Shown here one piece after another: positions 55,671-64,000 of a stretch of DNA of 64,000 nt. The notes beneath the pieces were generated by a model, which saw only the letters and a list, made by a program, of their open reading frames with translations, had not been told where the DNA came from and searched no databases. Position 1 is the stretch's first letter. Each line of letters starts with the position of its first letter. Where the stretch lies: NCBI GenBank assembly GCA_934633985.1, contig CAKTYU010000001.1:158305-222304 (forward strand), read 5' to 3'. The position numbers and the translations under genes are program-made. This DNA is from an uncultured Clostridia bacterium. Its GTDB lineage: Bacteria > Bacillota > Clostridia > Christensenellales > CAG-138.

Positions 55671-56411
55671 ATGAAGCTGACCGTATTGGGGCGAAACGGC
55701 CCATTTCCAGCGCCGGGGGGCGCATGCTCCGGGTATCTCATAGAGGCGGGCAAGACAAAGCTCTGCGCGGAGCTGGGCAGCGGCGCCCTCGGCAGGCTGA
55801 GGAATATACTGCCGGGGCTTGAGCTGGACGGCATACTGCTGTCGCACCTCCACAGCGACCACATATCGGATATGCTGGTGCTGCGCTATGCGCTTACACA
55901 GCTAAGCGCAAGGGGGGCGGAGATAGCCCTGCCCATGACGGTGGTGGCCCCCGAAACGCCGGAGACGGAGTTTCGGCAGTTGGCCTCCTCCGGGGTATTT
56001 GAGATGGTACACGCCAAGGCGGGGCTCAAGCTGCGCTTCGGAGAGGTGACAGTGACGCTTTACAGCTCGGCGCATCCGGTGGAGACCTATGCCTTCAACA
56101 TAGAGCATAGGGGCAGGCGTATATTCTATACCGGCGATACGGGCATGCACACGGAGCTGGTCGGTCAATGCCGCGGGGCGGATATACTGCTTGCGGATGC
56201 CTGCTTTCTGGACGGGGAAAAGCCGGGCGAAAACGCCCCGCACCTCACCGCCATGGAGGCGGGCAGGATAGCCAAGGAGGCGGGAGTGGGGCAGCTTATC
56301 TGCACCCATATATGGGGCGGCAGGGACATGGCGGGGGAGATACTCGCAGAGGCCCGAAGGCAGTTCCCGAACACCCTCGTCGCGGAGGAAATGCACGAAT
56401 ATTTCGTATAA
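55671..56411 (+). CDS. MBL-fold metallo-hydrolase
   Basis: LSHLHSDH motif; 246 aa. Confidence 0.75.
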   Translation: MKLTVLGRNGPFPAPGGACSGYLIEAGKTKLCAELGSGALGRLRNILPGLELDGILLSHLHSDHISDMLVLRYALTQLSARGAEIALPMTVVAPETPETEFRQLASSGVFEMVHAKAGLKLRFGEVTVTLYSSAHPVETYAFNIEHRGRRIFYTGDTGMHTELVGQCRGADILLADACFLDGEKPGENAPHLTAMEAGRIAKEAGVGQLICTHIWGGRDMAGEILAEARRQFPNTLVAEEMHEYFV

Positions 56412-56471
56412 ATATAAAAGAATACCGTAATAATTATCTATCGCCGCGGCAAACTAAAGAAAAAAGGAGAT

Positions 56472-56657
56472 ATGCTTATGACGAGAAAGGCCGCCGCGTG
56501 GCTGATAGTATGCGCGATATTGGCAATAGGGCTTGCGGTGATGATGATAGCCGCCCTTGCAAGGGACAGGAAGCCCTCGGCGGACGCCGCGCGGTTTGTT
56601 ATCCAAAATGAGTACAGGGCGCCGGGTAAATACCCGACGCCCCGATATTTTATCTGA
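56472..56657 (+). CDS. small hypothetical membrane protein (weak call)
   Basis: One TM (AAWLIVCAILAIGLAVMMIAAL), AAGGAG upstream. Its stop abuts the convergent PII-like gene. Confidence 0.35.
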   Translation: MLMTRKAAAWLIVCAILAIGLAVMMIAALARDRKPSADAARFVIQNEYRAPGKYPTPRYFI

Positions 56658-57353
56658 TCATTCGTACTGGTCCTGCTCGTTATCCGGAACGTGTATTCCG
56701 GCTACCGCATCTACGGGAAGCGAGAACATGACGGTATGGGCGGGGGATTTTATGCCCGCCTTGCTCATTATGGAGCTCATTATGCCGTTTCGCTTGTCCG
56801 CGCTCGCCACTATGTAGATGATGTCCTTTTCCTCGGCTATCGATACGCCGAAGAACTTTGCCCGGGACTCGGTCAGCGCGCCCTTCGCCCGGACTATCGT
56901 GCCGCCGGTGGCTCCCGCCTCGCGTGCAGCGTCCATAACCATGCCGGTATGGCCCTGCTCGGCGATCGCGACTATAAGAGAATACTTGGCTTCCTTCATG
57001 TCTTTCACCTCGTTTCCTATGATAATATCCTCGGTATAAAGGTATTTCAGCGCCGACGCGCCGCCTATGCATTCCAGGCTGATAAAATAGGCGATGCCGT
57101 TGTTAGGCGCATCTATGTGCATCTCGGTACGCAGGTGCCTGAGCACCCGTGGGCGCAGGGCGGAGGGCAGCACGCAGTGCAGCATGACCTTTTCCTTGGG
57201 CTCGAGCCCGAGCATATCGAGCAGCTTCTTTCGCGCCGAGCCCTCGCACAGCGAGCCAAAGACCACGCCCGCGCCGTTGCGCTGGAAAAAGTCGATATAG
57301 TCCTGATCCTGATCGCGCCGTACCACAGCGGTTATAATACTGTATCCGTTCAT
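56658..57353 (-). CDS. tandem PII-like (GlnB-fold) signalling protein
   Basis: Two roughly 110-aa halves, each with a beta-alpha-beta pattern like PII. The second half (LIVAIAEQGHTGMVMDAAREAGATGGTIVRAKG) is the clearer. Confidence 0.6.
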   Translation of the reverse strand: MNGYSIITAVVRRDQDQDYIDFFQRNGAGVVFGSLCEGSARKKLLDMLGLEPKEKVMLHCVLPSALRPRVLRHLRTEMHIDAPNNGIAYFISLECIGGASALKYLYTEDIIIGNEVKDMKEAKYSLIVAIAEQGHTGMVMDAAREAGATGGTIVRAKGALTESRAKFFGVSIAEEKDIIYIVASADKRNGIMSSIMSKAGIKSPAHTVMFSLPVDAVAGIHVPDNEQDQYE

Positions 57354-58924
57354 TCTGTCTCTTCCTCCTGGAAAACGATGATGACGTCCTCATCGCTTTC
57401 GCGAAGCTCATCTGTCTGATCCGCCTTCAACGCCTTGGCGGTCTTGAACTTGTAGTAGAGTCCTAAAAGCTGTATGGTGATAAGCGGCGTCATTGCGACC
57501 ATCGCCACCACGCCGAAGGCGTCCTGCGCTACGTTGCCGCCAACGGATACGCAAAGCCCCATGGCGAGGGGAAGCAGGAAGGTGGCGGTCATGGGCCCGG
57601 AGGCCACACCGCCGGAGTCAAAGGCTATGGCGGTGAACACGGGCGGCACGAAGAAGCTGAGAAGCATTGCTATGCCGTAGCCCGGCCCGAGCAGCCACAT
57701 TATGGGAAGCCCCGTAAGCACCCTTACCATGGAAAGCCCCACGGATATGGCAACGCCTATGGAGAGGCTGAGACTCATGGCCTTTTGGGGGATAGCGCCC
57801 TCCGTCATCTCGGATACCTGACGGTTCAAAACGTGAACGGCAGGCTCCGCGGCCACGATAAAGTAGCCCAGCAGCATGCCGATAGGCACGATTATCCAGT
57901 TGCAGGAGAGCCCGCCTATAAGCTCGCCCAGCATGTTGCCCACGGGCATAAAGCCCACGTTGGCCCCTGTAAGGAAGAATACCAGACCGAAGTAGGTATA
58001 TGCAAGACCTATGCACACCCTTATTATTTCAGTAAAGCCGAGGCGGCAGCGGGGTATCTGGAATATGGCAAATATGCAGACTATGGGAAGGAAGGCCTCA
58101 GCGACCTCCTTAAAGTAGCCCGGGAAGGCGACGGAAAAGAGCTTCCACAATTCGAGGGAGTCGTTTATATCGGGCACCACCACGGGAGAATACGCGCCGC
58201 CCTCGGAGCTGAACAGAAGCCCCAGCACCAGCACGGCGATGATAGGGCCGACGGAGCTTAGCGCCACCAGGCCGAAGCTGTCCTCGCCCGCACGGCTGTC
58301 GCTTCGCACAGAGGCGACGCCCACGCCCAGCGCCATTATAAAGGGCACCGTCATGGGCCCGGTGGTGACTCCGCCTGAATCAAAGGCGGTGGAGAGAAAG
58401 TCCTTGGGGACGAAGGCCGCAAGCGCGAACACCGCCACATAAAGCCCTATGAGCAGATAATTCAGCGGCAGCCGGAAGAATATACGCAGCATGGCCAGCA
58501 CCAGAAATACGCCCACGCCTATGGCGACCGACCATATTATAGCCTGATTGGGAATGTTAGGCACCTGCTGGGCAAGCACCCTCAGGTCAGGCTCCGATAC
58601 CGTTATGAATACGCCTACCGCAAGGCTCACGGCGATTATAAGGACCAGCTTTTTTGAGTGGGAAACGACCGCGCCTATGTGCTCGCCTATCTTGGACATG
58701 GCCATATCCGCGCCCAGGGAGAACAGCCCCATGCCGATTATAAGGAGGCACGCGCCCACTATAAAGGCCAGCATGACGCTGCTGGGCACGGGGACCACCA
58801 TAAAGCACAGCAGGAATATAACGGCGGTGACCGGCAGTACGGATTTTAGCGATTCGTTCAGTTTTTCGGGGAGAATGGTTTTCAGTATATTTTTCACTGG
58901 GGAGAGAAACACGTCCCTTCTCAA
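57350..58924 (-). CDS. DUF1538-family polytopic membrane protein (duplicated domain), putative transporter
   Basis: About 14 TM. The repeated motif FDSGGV(T/A)(T/S)GPMT(V/A)(P/T)F occurs in both halves. Its stop overlaps the PII-like start by 4 nt. The start codon is uncertain (tracker TTG, no SD). Confidence 0.6.
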   Translation of the reverse strand: MRRDVFLSPVKNILKTILPEKLNESLKSVLPVTAVIFLLCFMVVPVPSSVMLAFIVGACLLIIGMGLFSLGADMAMSKIGEHIGAVVSHSKKLVLIIAVSLAVGVFITVSEPDLRVLAQQVPNIPNQAIIWSVAIGVGVFLVLAMLRIFFRLPLNYLLIGLYVAVFALAAFVPKDFLSTAFDSGGVTTGPMTVPFIMALGVGVASVRSDSRAGEDSFGLVALSSVGPIIAVLVLGLLFSSEGGAYSPVVVPDINDSLELWKLFSVAFPGYFKEVAEAFLPIVCIFAIFQIPRCRLGFTEIIRVCIGLAYTYFGLVFFLTGANVGFMPVGNMLGELIGGLSCNWIIVPIGMLLGYFIVAAEPAVHVLNRQVSEMTEGAIPQKAMSLSLSIGVAISVGLSMVRVLTGLPIMWLLGPGYGIAMLLSFFVPPVFTAIAFDSGGVASGPMTATFLLPLAMGLCVSVGGNVAQDAFGVVAMVAMTPLITIQLLGLYYKFKTAKALKADQTDELRESDEDVIIVFQEEETE

Positions 58925-59082
58925 TTTTTCGCGGCGGGCGGATACAAAGTATTATGACCTACCTGATAATTGTAGCTTATATATACCCCCAATACAAGCG
59001 GAAAACACAAAAGTTCACCTTATATTTCCTTTTGACGGTGAATTGTGCCGCCCCTTGACGCGATAGGGGGAAACGGCAGGCG

Positions 59083-59730
59083 TTATGCGGGGATTTCGTA
59101 AGTGTCGCTGCGGTGGCTGAAGGGCGGCTGGTCCTTGCAGGAATATTCGCTGAGCTTTCCGCAGTAAAGCTCAGTGTGGGGAAGCTGAAGGAAATGCACC
59201 GGATGTATGATGGAGGAGGTCAGGCGCTCCATGCCGTTTACCCTGCCCTTTGCGAGCATATCCCCCACGAATTCCGAGCAGTAGTAGCGGTTCTCCTGCT
59301 TCCATACGATTTGGAAATACGCCAGGCACAGCCCGACAAAATTGTAGCTGTATTTGCGCCTGCGCTTCCACATCTTGTCGAGTATGCTCTTGATCCTTGC
59401 ATACCGCTTTTCGCTGACGCTCACGCTCAATACCAGCACCCTCGTATCGGAAAAACGCTTAAAGGTGCCGGTATGGGGAGATTCCATAACAAAGCCGCCC
59501 CAGAATGGATTATAGGGATGCTTGCGGCCGAAGGAGTACATCTTTTCAAGATCCCTGGACAGGCTGATGGAGGCGTGGTTGTATTCCGCGCCGGTGATGA
59601 GCTTGAGTATACGCGACAAAAGCGTTCCGGTCTGGCTTATGACGATATAAAGCTCCTTGTCGTTGAGGGGCTTTTCCTTTTTATGCTTATGTGCCGGGAC
59701 GGAGCCTCCCGTCCGCTTTCGAATGTTCAT
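59083..59730 (-). CDS. YiiX/YaeF-like permuted papain-fold (C92) hydrolase
   Basis: His-before-Cys order: EYNHASISL ... YYCSEFV. AAGGAG SD. Confidence 0.55.
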   Translation of the reverse strand: MNIRKRTGGSVPAHKHKKEKPLNDKELYIVISQTGTLLSRILKLITGAEYNHASISLSRDLEKMYSFGRKHPYNPFWGGFVMESPHTGTFKRFSDTRVLVLSVSVSEKRYARIKSILDKMWKRRRKYSYNFVGLCLAYFQIVWKQENRYYCSEFVGDMLAKGRVNGMERLTSSIIHPVHFLQLPHTELYCGKLSEYSCKDQPPFSHRSDTYEIPA

Positions 59731-59741
59731 TGGCGTCTCCT

Positions 59742-60416
59742 TTACAGGCGCTGATCCTCGGCCTGCTCTATGATGTCAAAATGGTTTTTTTCATACCGTA
59801 TGAGCCCGTCCCGCTGCATGAGGGAAAGCTCGTTTGAAAGGGCGCTGCGCTCCACGCTCAGGTAGTCCGCAAGCTGCTGGCGGTTGTAGGGTATATCGAA
59901 GGAATAGCTTCCGGTGCGCTTTATGCACTCGGAAAAATACGACAGCAGCCGCTTGCGAATGGACTTGGGGCCTGTGTGCAGCACCCGGCGGGATAGCTGC
60001 AAATTCTTCTCCGCGCAGAGCGTCAGCAGGTTCCGCACCAGCCGCATGTGGTGGGGGCAGACCCTTGAGCAGGGCTCCAGCACCCGCCCTATATTGAGCA
60101 GCAGCGCCTCCGTATCCTCGGCGGCGGTCACGTTCACCATCAGCGGCTCTCCGGGCACGCAGGCGTAAGCCTCCGCGAACACACCGCCGGGGCCTATGCC
60201 GCTTAGCACGCTGTTGTTCCCCCAAACGTCCCCTAACTCGACCATGACCCTGCCGGACAGCACCACGCCGATGTACTCAGTGGGCGAGCCCTCCGGGAAT
60301 ATAATCTCGCCCTTTTTATATGCGCGCTCCTTCGCTATGAGGCAGCCGAGCATCTCATGGACGTCCGAAGGCTTAATGCCGCGAAAAAGCTGGGTGTTTG
60401 CTAAATTGATCCGCAT
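59742..60416 (-). CDS. Crp/Fnr-family transcriptional regulator (possibly HcpR-like)
   Basis: cNMP-binding-like beta-roll followed by a C-terminal HTH (QQLADYLSVERSALSNELSLMQRDGLI). Confidence 0.8.
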   Translation of the reverse strand: MRINLANTQLFRGIKPSDVHEMLGCLIAKERAYKKGEIIFPEGSPTEYIGVVLSGRVMVELGDVWGNNSVLSGIGPGGVFAEAYACVPGEPLMVNVTAAEDTEALLLNIGRVLEPCSRVCPHHMRLVRNLLTLCAEKNLQLSRRVLHTGPKSIRKRLLSYFSECIKRTGSYSFDIPYNRQQLADYLSVERSALSNELSLMQRDGLIRYEKNHFDIIEQAEDQRL

Positions 60417-60430
60417 ATTTTTCTCTCCAA

Positions 60431-60446
60431 TGTTGGTATAACAACA
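60431..60446. promoter_or_regulatory. candidate Crp/Fnr-type operator
   Basis: TGTTGGTATAACAACA is palindromic at 14 of 16 positions (TGTTG-N6-CAACA). It is centred about 41.5 nt upstream of the TSS predicted from TAGAAT (60468-60473). Confidence 0.45.
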
Positions 60447-60513
60447 TCAATTCATGGATTATGATAGTAGAATATGGCCATAAAGTCAAGACAAAGGTGC
60501 GGAGGGCATAAAA

Positions 60514-61224
60514 ATGATTCGTAGGATTATTCAGATCGACAAGGAAAAATGCAACGGCTGCGGCGCATGCGCCGAGGCCTGCCACGAGGGAGCCATAGCC
60601 ATGGTAGAGGGCAAGGCGCAGCTCATGCGGGACGACTACTGCGACGGGCTGGGGGACTGCCTGCCCGCCTGCCCCACGGGAGCCATAGCCTTTGTGGAGC
60701 GGGAGGCGGCGGCATACGACGAAAAGGCCGTCATGGAAAACAAGCAGAGGAAGATGCGGAAGGAAGGCATGACCCTGCCCTGCGGCTGCCCGGGCAGCCA
60801 TTCGAGAAAAATCCAGCACGCGGAGGCCGTCGGCGCGGAGTCGGCCCGCACAGAGCAGCCGAGCAGGCTCTCCCAGTGGCCGGTGCAGATCAAGTTAGCG
60901 CCGGTGAATGCGCCCTATTTCGATGGGGCGAGGCTGCTCATCGCCGCCGACTGCACGGCTTATGCATACGCCGCATTCCACGAGCGCTTCATCAAGGGGC
61001 ATATCACCCTCGTGGGCTGTCCAAAGCTGGATAGCGTGGACTATTCCGAAAAGCTCACGGAGATCATCCGCGGCAACGACATAAAGAGCGTTACCGTCGT
61101 CCGCATGGAGGTGCCCTGCTGCGGCGGGCTGGAGCAGGCTGTGAAAAAAGCACTTCAGCAGAGCGGCAGGTTTATCCCCTGGCAGGTGGTTACCGTGGCG
61201 GTGGACGGGAGGATACTTGAATAA
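60514..61224 (+). CDS. ferredoxin-like 2x[4Fe-4S] protein with a Cys-rich C-terminal domain
   Basis: CNGCGACAEAC...CDGLGDCLPACP, then CGCPG, CTAYAY, GCPKLD and PCCGG motifs. Confidence 0.7.
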   Translation: MIRRIIQIDKEKCNGCGACAEACHEGAIAMVEGKAQLMRDDYCDGLGDCLPACPTGAIAFVEREAAAYDEKAVMENKQRKMRKEGMTLPCGCPGSHSRKIQHAEAVGAESARTEQPSRLSQWPVQIKLAPVNAPYFDGARLLIAADCTAYAYAAFHERFIKGHITLVGCPKLDSVDYSEKLTEIIRGNDIKSVTVVRMEVPCCGGLEQAVKKALQQSGRFIPWQVVTVAVDGRILE

Positions 61225-61305
61225 CCGCAGGCGGAAAAATTCAAACGTGCGAGCACGCGCCCTGCCGTAAAGGAATAAGGCGGGCCGCGGCAAAAGCCAA
61301 TGTAC

Positions 61306-61338
61306 GCGGCAGCACCGGCTTGACGGACTGCCGCTTTT
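61306..61338 (+). terminator. terminator after the ferredoxin-like gene
   Basis: GCGGCAG-15 nt-CTGCCGC followed by TTTT. Confidence 0.5.
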
Positions 61339-61440
61339 CCCTTGCATAGCGTTCATTTCCGTATATGACATATTTGAATATCTCCGTGTTTAACGATGCA
61401 AATTTCGCGGCCTCAGCGCCGCGCCGCCAAAAGTAAAATC

Positions 61441-61469
61441 TTGACAGTAACTGAATATTTATGTAGAAT
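61441..61469 (+). promoter_or_regulatory. sigma-A promoter of the ABC transporter operon
   Basis: TTGACA, 17-nt spacer, TAGAAT, about 88 nt upstream of the ATG at 61557. Confidence 0.6.
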
Positions 61470-61556
61470 AAATATCATTTATCAGGCTGCGGCGCCTTAC
61501 CTACACCACGACAAAAGCACATTGTATCCATAACCATAATGCCAAGGGGGGAGAAA

Positions 61557-63065
61557 ATGCAGGAAATTCTCAGGATGGAACACATCACCAAGCGCTTTGG
61601 GGAGATGTACGCGAACCGGGACGTCAGCTTTGATGTCCGAAAGGGCGAGGTGCATACTCTGCTGGGCGAAAACGGCGCGGGAAAGAGCACTCTGATGAAC
61701 GTGCTGTTCGGCCTTTATCAGCCTACGGAGGGAAGCATATATATGCACGGCAGGAAGGTGCGTATAGATTCCCCGGCGCAGGCGGTAAAGCAGGGCATAG
61801 GCATGGTGCATCAGCATTTTATGCTGGTGGAGGCCATGACGGTGCTGGAGAACATAATACTGGGCGACCGCAACACCAAGGGCATATTCATAGACAAGGA
61901 CGCCCGCCGCAGGGAGATACTGCGGCTTGCGGAGCAGTACGGCCTCGATGTGGAGCTGGATAAGCCCGTGACTGAAATAGCGGTAGGCGCGCAGCAGAGG
62001 GTGGAGATATTAAAGGCGCTGTACCGCGGCGCGGAGCTGCTGGTGCTGGACGAGCCCACCGCCGCGCTGACGGATATAGAGGTCGAGGGGCTGTTCAAGG
62101 TGATGAACAAGCTCACGGCCGAGGGCAAAAGCATTATATTCATAAGCCACAAGATGCGCGAGGTGCTGCGTATATCCGACCGCATAACGATACTGCGCGC
62201 GGGCAGGAGCGTATGCACGCTGAACAGGGACGAGACCACCGGCGAGGAGCTTGCAAACCTCATGATAGGCCGGGAGCTCGCCCCTTCTCATTATGAAAAG
62301 GTCGAAAAGTCCGGGGAGCCGGTGATAGCGCTCAAAAATGTGGATTACTGCAAGACCTCCAAGCACAACGGGCTTAACGGCGTGAGCCTCACGGTAGGCA
62401 GGGGCGAGATAGTCGGCATAGCGGGGGTGGACGGCAACGGGCAGAGCCAGCTCGCGCAGGTGGTTACCGGCGTGATAGTGCCGGACAGCGGCGATATGGA
62501 CCTTAAGAACAGGAAGGTAGCCGTCTTTTCGCCGGAGGGCTTCATAGAGGAGCGGGTATCCCACATACCCGAGGACCGCAACAAGATGGGGCTTATAGGC
62601 AGCATGTCCATAAGCGACAACATAGTGCTGAAATCCACCGAAAAGGCGGAGTTTTCCAAGAAAAAGGGGCTGCTTCTCAAAAAGAAGGCCATCAAGGGCT
62701 ATGCCGAGGAGATGCGTAAAAAGTACGACATACGCTGCGTATCCGTGGATCAGGAGGCGAGGAACCTTTCCGGCGGCAACCAGCAGAAGGTCATACTTGC
62801 GCGGGAGCTGGAGGGCGACCCGGATCTGCTGGTGGCGGTGCATCCCACCCGCGGCTTGGATATAGGCGCGGCACGCTTCGTACATGACAGCATGATCGCG
62901 GCGCGGGACAAGGGCTGCGGCGTGCTGCTCATAAGCGCGGACTTTGACGAGATACTCGAGGTTTCGGACAGGATAATCGTCATGTTCGAGGGACAGGTGA
63001 TGGGCGAATACCCGGGCAAGAACCCGCCCATACAGGAGATAAGCCTTGCCATGGCTGGCAAGTAA
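61557..63065 (+). CDS. ABC transporter ATP-binding protein with two ATPase domains (sugar/nucleoside CUT2/BMP type)
   Basis: Two Walker A / LSGG-type signatures (GENGAGKST, LSGGNQQK). ATG at 61557 follows AAGGGGGGAG. Confidence 0.85.
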   Translation: MQEILRMEHITKRFGEMYANRDVSFDVRKGEVHTLLGENGAGKSTLMNVLFGLYQPTEGSIYMHGRKVRIDSPAQAVKQGIGMVHQHFMLVEAMTVLENIILGDRNTKGIFIDKDARRREILRLAEQYGLDVELDKPVTEIAVGAQQRVEILKALYRGAELLVLDEPTAALTDIEVEGLFKVMNKLTAEGKSIIFISHKMREVLRISDRITILRAGRSVCTLNRDETTGEELANLMIGRELAPSHYEKVEKSGEPVIALKNVDYCKTSKHNGLNGVSLTVGRGEIVGIAGVDGNGQSQLAQVVTGVIVPDSGDMDLKNRKVAVFSPEGFIEERVSHIPEDRNKMGLIGSMSISDNIVLKSTEKAEFSKKKGLLLKKKAIKGYAEEMRKKYDIRCVSVDQEARNLSGGNQQKVILARELEGDPDLLVAVHPTRGLDIGAARFVHDSMIAARDKGCGVLLISADFDEILEVSDRIIVMFEGQVMGEYPGKNPPIQEISLAMAGK

Positions 63066-63074
63066 GGAGGACGG

Positions 63075-64000
63075 GATGAAAAGCACAAGGATAATAAGCC
63101 TGCTGGTTCCGATAGTATCCGTAATACTGGCATTCCTGATAGGCTGCATAATAATGGCGGCGCTGGGCGCAAACCCCGCCGTCGCGCTGCAGGCGCTCTG
63201 GAAGGGCGCTTTCGGCAGCGTAAGGAACATAGGCACCACGCTTTCGCGCTCTACCCCGCTGATATTCACCGGCCTTTGCGCCTGCTTTGCGTATAAGTGC
63301 GGCGTATTCAACCTGGGCGGCGAGGGGCAGTTCATAATGGGCTCCGTGGTGTGTACGGTAATTGCGACGCAGTGCGGCTTCACCGGCTTGCCCGCCATAA
63401 TAGTATGCCTCATAGCGGGGGCGGCGGCCGGCGGGCTGTGGGCCATGATACCCGGCGTGCTCAAGGTATACCGGGGGCAGAACGAAATGATAATCTCCAT
63501 AATGATGAACTACATCGCAACGCTTTTCATGGGCGTGCTGTTTACCAACTGGCTGCGGGACGGCTCCGTTCCGCAGACGGTGGCGGTGCCCGACGGGACG
63601 CGGCTGACGCGGCTGTTCGGCCTGCGGGCCACCTCCGCCTTTGTGATAGCCGTCGCTGTGGGCCTCATAGTCTATTACTTCCTCTTCAACACCTCCAAGG
63701 GCTTCCAGCTAAGGGCGGTGGGCTTTAACATGACGGCCTCCAGATTCAACGGTTTCGCGGTGGAAAAGTACTTCCTCTTCAGCTTCCTCATATCCGGCAT
63801 GATAGCGGGGCTGGGCGGCAGCGCGGAAATACTCGGCACACAGTTCTTTCTCATAAACGGCTATGCCGCGGGCTACGGCTTTGACGGCGTATCCATGGCG
63901 CTGATAGGCCAGCTCCACCCGATAGCCACCATGCTCGTGGCGATATTTTTTGCAGCGCTTAGGGTGGGCTCGACCACCATGCAGGCGGCTACCGGTGTGC
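63075..64000 (+). CDS. ABC transporter permease (BMP/CUT2 type), 3' end beyond the window
   Basis: Absent from the tracker because there is no stop in the window. AAGGAGG (63063-63069), ATG at 63075. My own translation MKSTRIISLLVPIVSVILAFLIGC...FNLGGEGQF... stays open to base 64000. Confidence 0.8.

Noticed and set aside
62010-63500. Very long ORFs antisense to recognised genes. Examples: 62010-63500(-), 19897-21027(-), 10636-11841(-), 23213-24274(-), 48714-49841(-), 35922-36869(-), 54300-55202(-), 9593-10531(+), 27834-28643(+), 29544-30386(+), 45902-46705(+).
   Set aside because: Each lies opposite a gene with clear family motifs. Their translations are Arg/Ala/Gly/His/Tyr/Leu-rich low-complexity strings typical of shadow frames in GC-rich DNA. 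None has an SD or recognisable domain.

Overview
64-kb chromosomal window from a GC-rich (about 55-60% by eye), endospore-forming Firmicute of the class Clostridia. The assignment rests on sigK, spoIIAA-spoIIAB-sigF, GGAGG-type ribosome-binding sites, and an almost exclusive use of ATA for isoleucine. About 69 protein genes are supported. No rRNA, tRNA or CRISPR array, and no transposase or integrase gene, was seen.

Most of the window is housekeeping:
- pseudouridine catabolism (psuG, psuK), efp, plsY, pgsA, a PrsA-like foldase
- infC-rpmI-rplT with a leader attenuator
- maf, mreBCD plus a class B PBP
- recD2-comFC-tcdA, deoC, ogg, mtaD, an HtrA-like protease, a MATE pump and an ABC importer

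Non-routine content:
1. An 11-gene co-directional minus-strand cluster (25.2-35.9 kb). In order: ThiF-like E1, tungsten-type aldehyde:ferredoxin oxidoreductase (AOR), MoaD-like carrier, a 4x[4Fe-4S]-ferredoxin::Fe-alcohol-dehydrogenase fusion, split transketolase, a tandem SCP2-like protein, Zn-ADH, a MerR-like regulator and a hotdog thioesterase. The transketolase N subunit carries an in-frame TGA.
2. The divergent moeA loses homology about 45 codons before its expected end. The break abuts about 400 nt of highly structured non-coding DNA and a low-GC, non-ATA-biased PadR-DUF2812-KTR zinc ribbon-2TM cassette. The cassette is closed by a 27-bp hairpin.
3. A translationally coupled HTH protein and a membrane Hanks-type kinase whose glycine loop and catalytic lysine are missing.
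4. A tandem PII-like protein coupled to a DUF1538 membrane protein.
5. A lipoprotein FMN-binding/ApbE flavinylation pair.

I cannot point to one unambiguous new system. The AOR/ADH/transketolase cluster, the degenerate kinase pair and the structured non-coding block are the best candidates. All product calls come from motif recognition by eye, not database searches.
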